From assembly GCF_006345805.1 (NCBI RefSeq), contig NC_043020.1, forward strand, positions 5,828,001 to 5,892,000: a stretch of DNA of 64,000 nucleotides, in the 5' to 3' direction. The stretch is from Octopus sinensis. Its lineage: Eukaryota. The notes under the pieces are model-generated. The model saw nothing but the letters and a program-made list of their open reading frames with translations, had not been told where the DNA came from and ran no database searches. Each line of letters begins with the position of its first letter. Position 1 is the stretch's first letter. Positions 62,195 through 64,000 of the stretch are shown here, in pieces. The position numbers and the translations under genes were made by a program.

Positions 62195-63328
62195 ATTATA
62201 TTGTTTTCACAAGTTCTGAATTAAAATCTTCCACCAAACCTTAGTCACAATTTATGTTCCTAACACGAGCTTAATGATAACTAAGTTATTTTACTAAATT
62301 CTGTGTTATATTTAAAATTAATTGAAAGAAACACAGAGCAACTCAACAGATATATGGTAACAAAAGGGTTAATCTTTTTTGTTCTGTGGGATTTCCACAG
62401 GTCACATTAGTATTGATGTTGAAGATATGAAAGATGAAGATGACCTCAGCAGCAATAAAACCATTCTTTCTTTCTTAAATAGCTTCACTTAACCCTTTTG
62501 ATACCAACCCAGCTGAAACCACCTCTGGCTCTGTAGTACAAATGTCTTGTTTTCATAAGTTTTGAATTAAAATTCTTCACCAAACCTTAGTCACAATTTA
62601 TGTTCCTAACACTAGCTTAATGATAACTAGTGGTATTTTACTAAATTCTTTGTTATATTTAAAATTAATTGAAAGAAACACAGAGCATCTCAACAGAAAT
62701 ATGGTAACAAAAGGGTTAATCTTTTTCACTTTGTGGAATTTCCACGGGTCCCATTAATATTGATGTTTAAGATATGAAAGGTGAAGATGACCTCAGCAGC
62801 AATAAAATCCTTCTTTCTTTCTTTCTTTCTTAAATAGCTTCTCTTAACCCTTTTGATATAAACCTGGCTGAAACCAGTCCTGGCTCTGTAGTACAAATGT
62901 CTTGTTTTCACAAGTTCTGAATTAAAATAATCTTCCACCAAACCTTAGTCACATTTATGTTCCTAACACTAGCTTAATGATAACTAAGTTATTTTACTAC
63001 TAAATTCTTTGTTATATTTAAAGTAATTGAAACAAACACAGAGCATCGCAAAATAAATACAGTAACGAAAGGGTTAAGCAGAAGATCGGCATGAATGGGT
63101 TAACCCTTTCATTACCAACCTGGCTGAAACTGGCTCTGGTTCTGAGTACAAATGTCTTGTTTTCATGAGTTTTGAATTAAAATCTTCCACCAAACCTTAG
63201 TCCCAATTTATGTTCCTAACACTAGCTGAATGATAACTAAGTTATTTTACTAGATTCTTTGTAATGTTTAAAATTAATTGAAAGAGACACAGAACATCTC
63301 AACAGAAATACAGTAACGAAAGGGTTAA
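62195..63328. mobile_element. Tandem piggyBac-like MITE array (partial, 62493-62715, 62848-63073, 63104-63324) with spacers
   Basis: Each full unit is TTAA|CCCTTT..AAAGGG|TTAA. Spacers 62373-62488 and 62720-62843 are the reverse complement of the spacer at 5621-5736. Confidence 0.82.
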
Positions 63329-63917
63329 ACTATGATCAGCATCAGTGCTTAGTACATTTGCAGAAATAAGTTTGAGCATTCTAAATACCTTCACGTACAT
63401 TCAAATCAAGGTAAAGAGTTATAACAGGTATGTTTCAGGTGTGGTAGTGTGGGTATTTATATTTTGTTGATTATGAAACTTACGTCTAGGTGGGAAACTA
63501 ATCTTCCTGTTCCAGTTACATATGTGTGCTTGGGCTTTCAGCCCCAGAGTTCTAGAATTTTTTTTCGACCTGAATACCCCACAAAATTCCCAGCTAACCT
63601 GAATGCCACCTCAAGGGTGGCTTCAAGGCTAAAAACTTACCTATAAGTCTTAAAAGAAGCTGTAAGTCAAACTAGAAACTAGTTGTATGGCTATCGGCAA
63701 AGCTGGCAGAAAGCACAGTCCAAGGGTAGATACACTGACACACTGTTACAGAAATGGAATTCAGGTTACATGTTAATGAGACATGGGGTTTAGATATGGG
63801 TGCAAGTGAAGTATAGGTATTAAGTGTATGGGTATGGGTATGGCTGCAAGGATATATGTCGGGTAGGGAGCTTGGAATGGGGTATCGGATAATTAATACC
63901 AGGAGGTACATATACAT

Positions 63918-64000
63918 AGGCGCAGGAGTGGCTGTGTGGTAAGTAGCTTGCTAACCAACCACATGGTTCCGGCTTCAGTCCCACTGCGTGGCATCTTGGG
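63918..64000 (+). mobile_element. SINE family A head (truncated by the window edge)
   Basis: GGCGCAGGAGTGGCTGTGTGG..GGCTTCAGTCCC. Confidence 0.85.

Noticed and set aside
61371-62244. Gly-rich and Val/Met-rich ORFs
   Set aside because: Translations of the intronic (GGT)n minisatellite.

Overview
AT-rich, microsatellite-dense eukaryotic genomic DNA. The SINE/LINE repertoire looks like an Octopus (coleoid cephalopod) genome; this is pattern recognition, not a database result. (1) A plus-strand spliced gene encodes an IRAK4/Pelle/Tube-type death-domain protein. Five coding exons (45330-61356) splice in frame and give 244 codons with no kinase domain yet; the gene continues past the window. (2) At the left edge, on the minus strand, is a probable TIR-domain 3' exon plus a disrupted upstream exon. 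A TIR gene or pseudogene may therefore lie head-to-head with the IRAK gene, and a candidate divergent promoter sits near 13.9 kb. (3) The rest is mobile DNA: three tRNA-headed SINE families, RTE, CR1 and Penelope fragments, tandem Helitrons, a DD37D (maT) transposase relic, piggyBac-like and hAT-like MITEs, and fold-back palindromes. The most unusual signal is a set of hammerhead-ribozyme motifs in short elements that are either fold-backs or embedded in (TA)n. Two unrelated motifs share a compensatory U3-A8 core instead of C3-G8. All calls were made by eye; no searches or folding programs were run.
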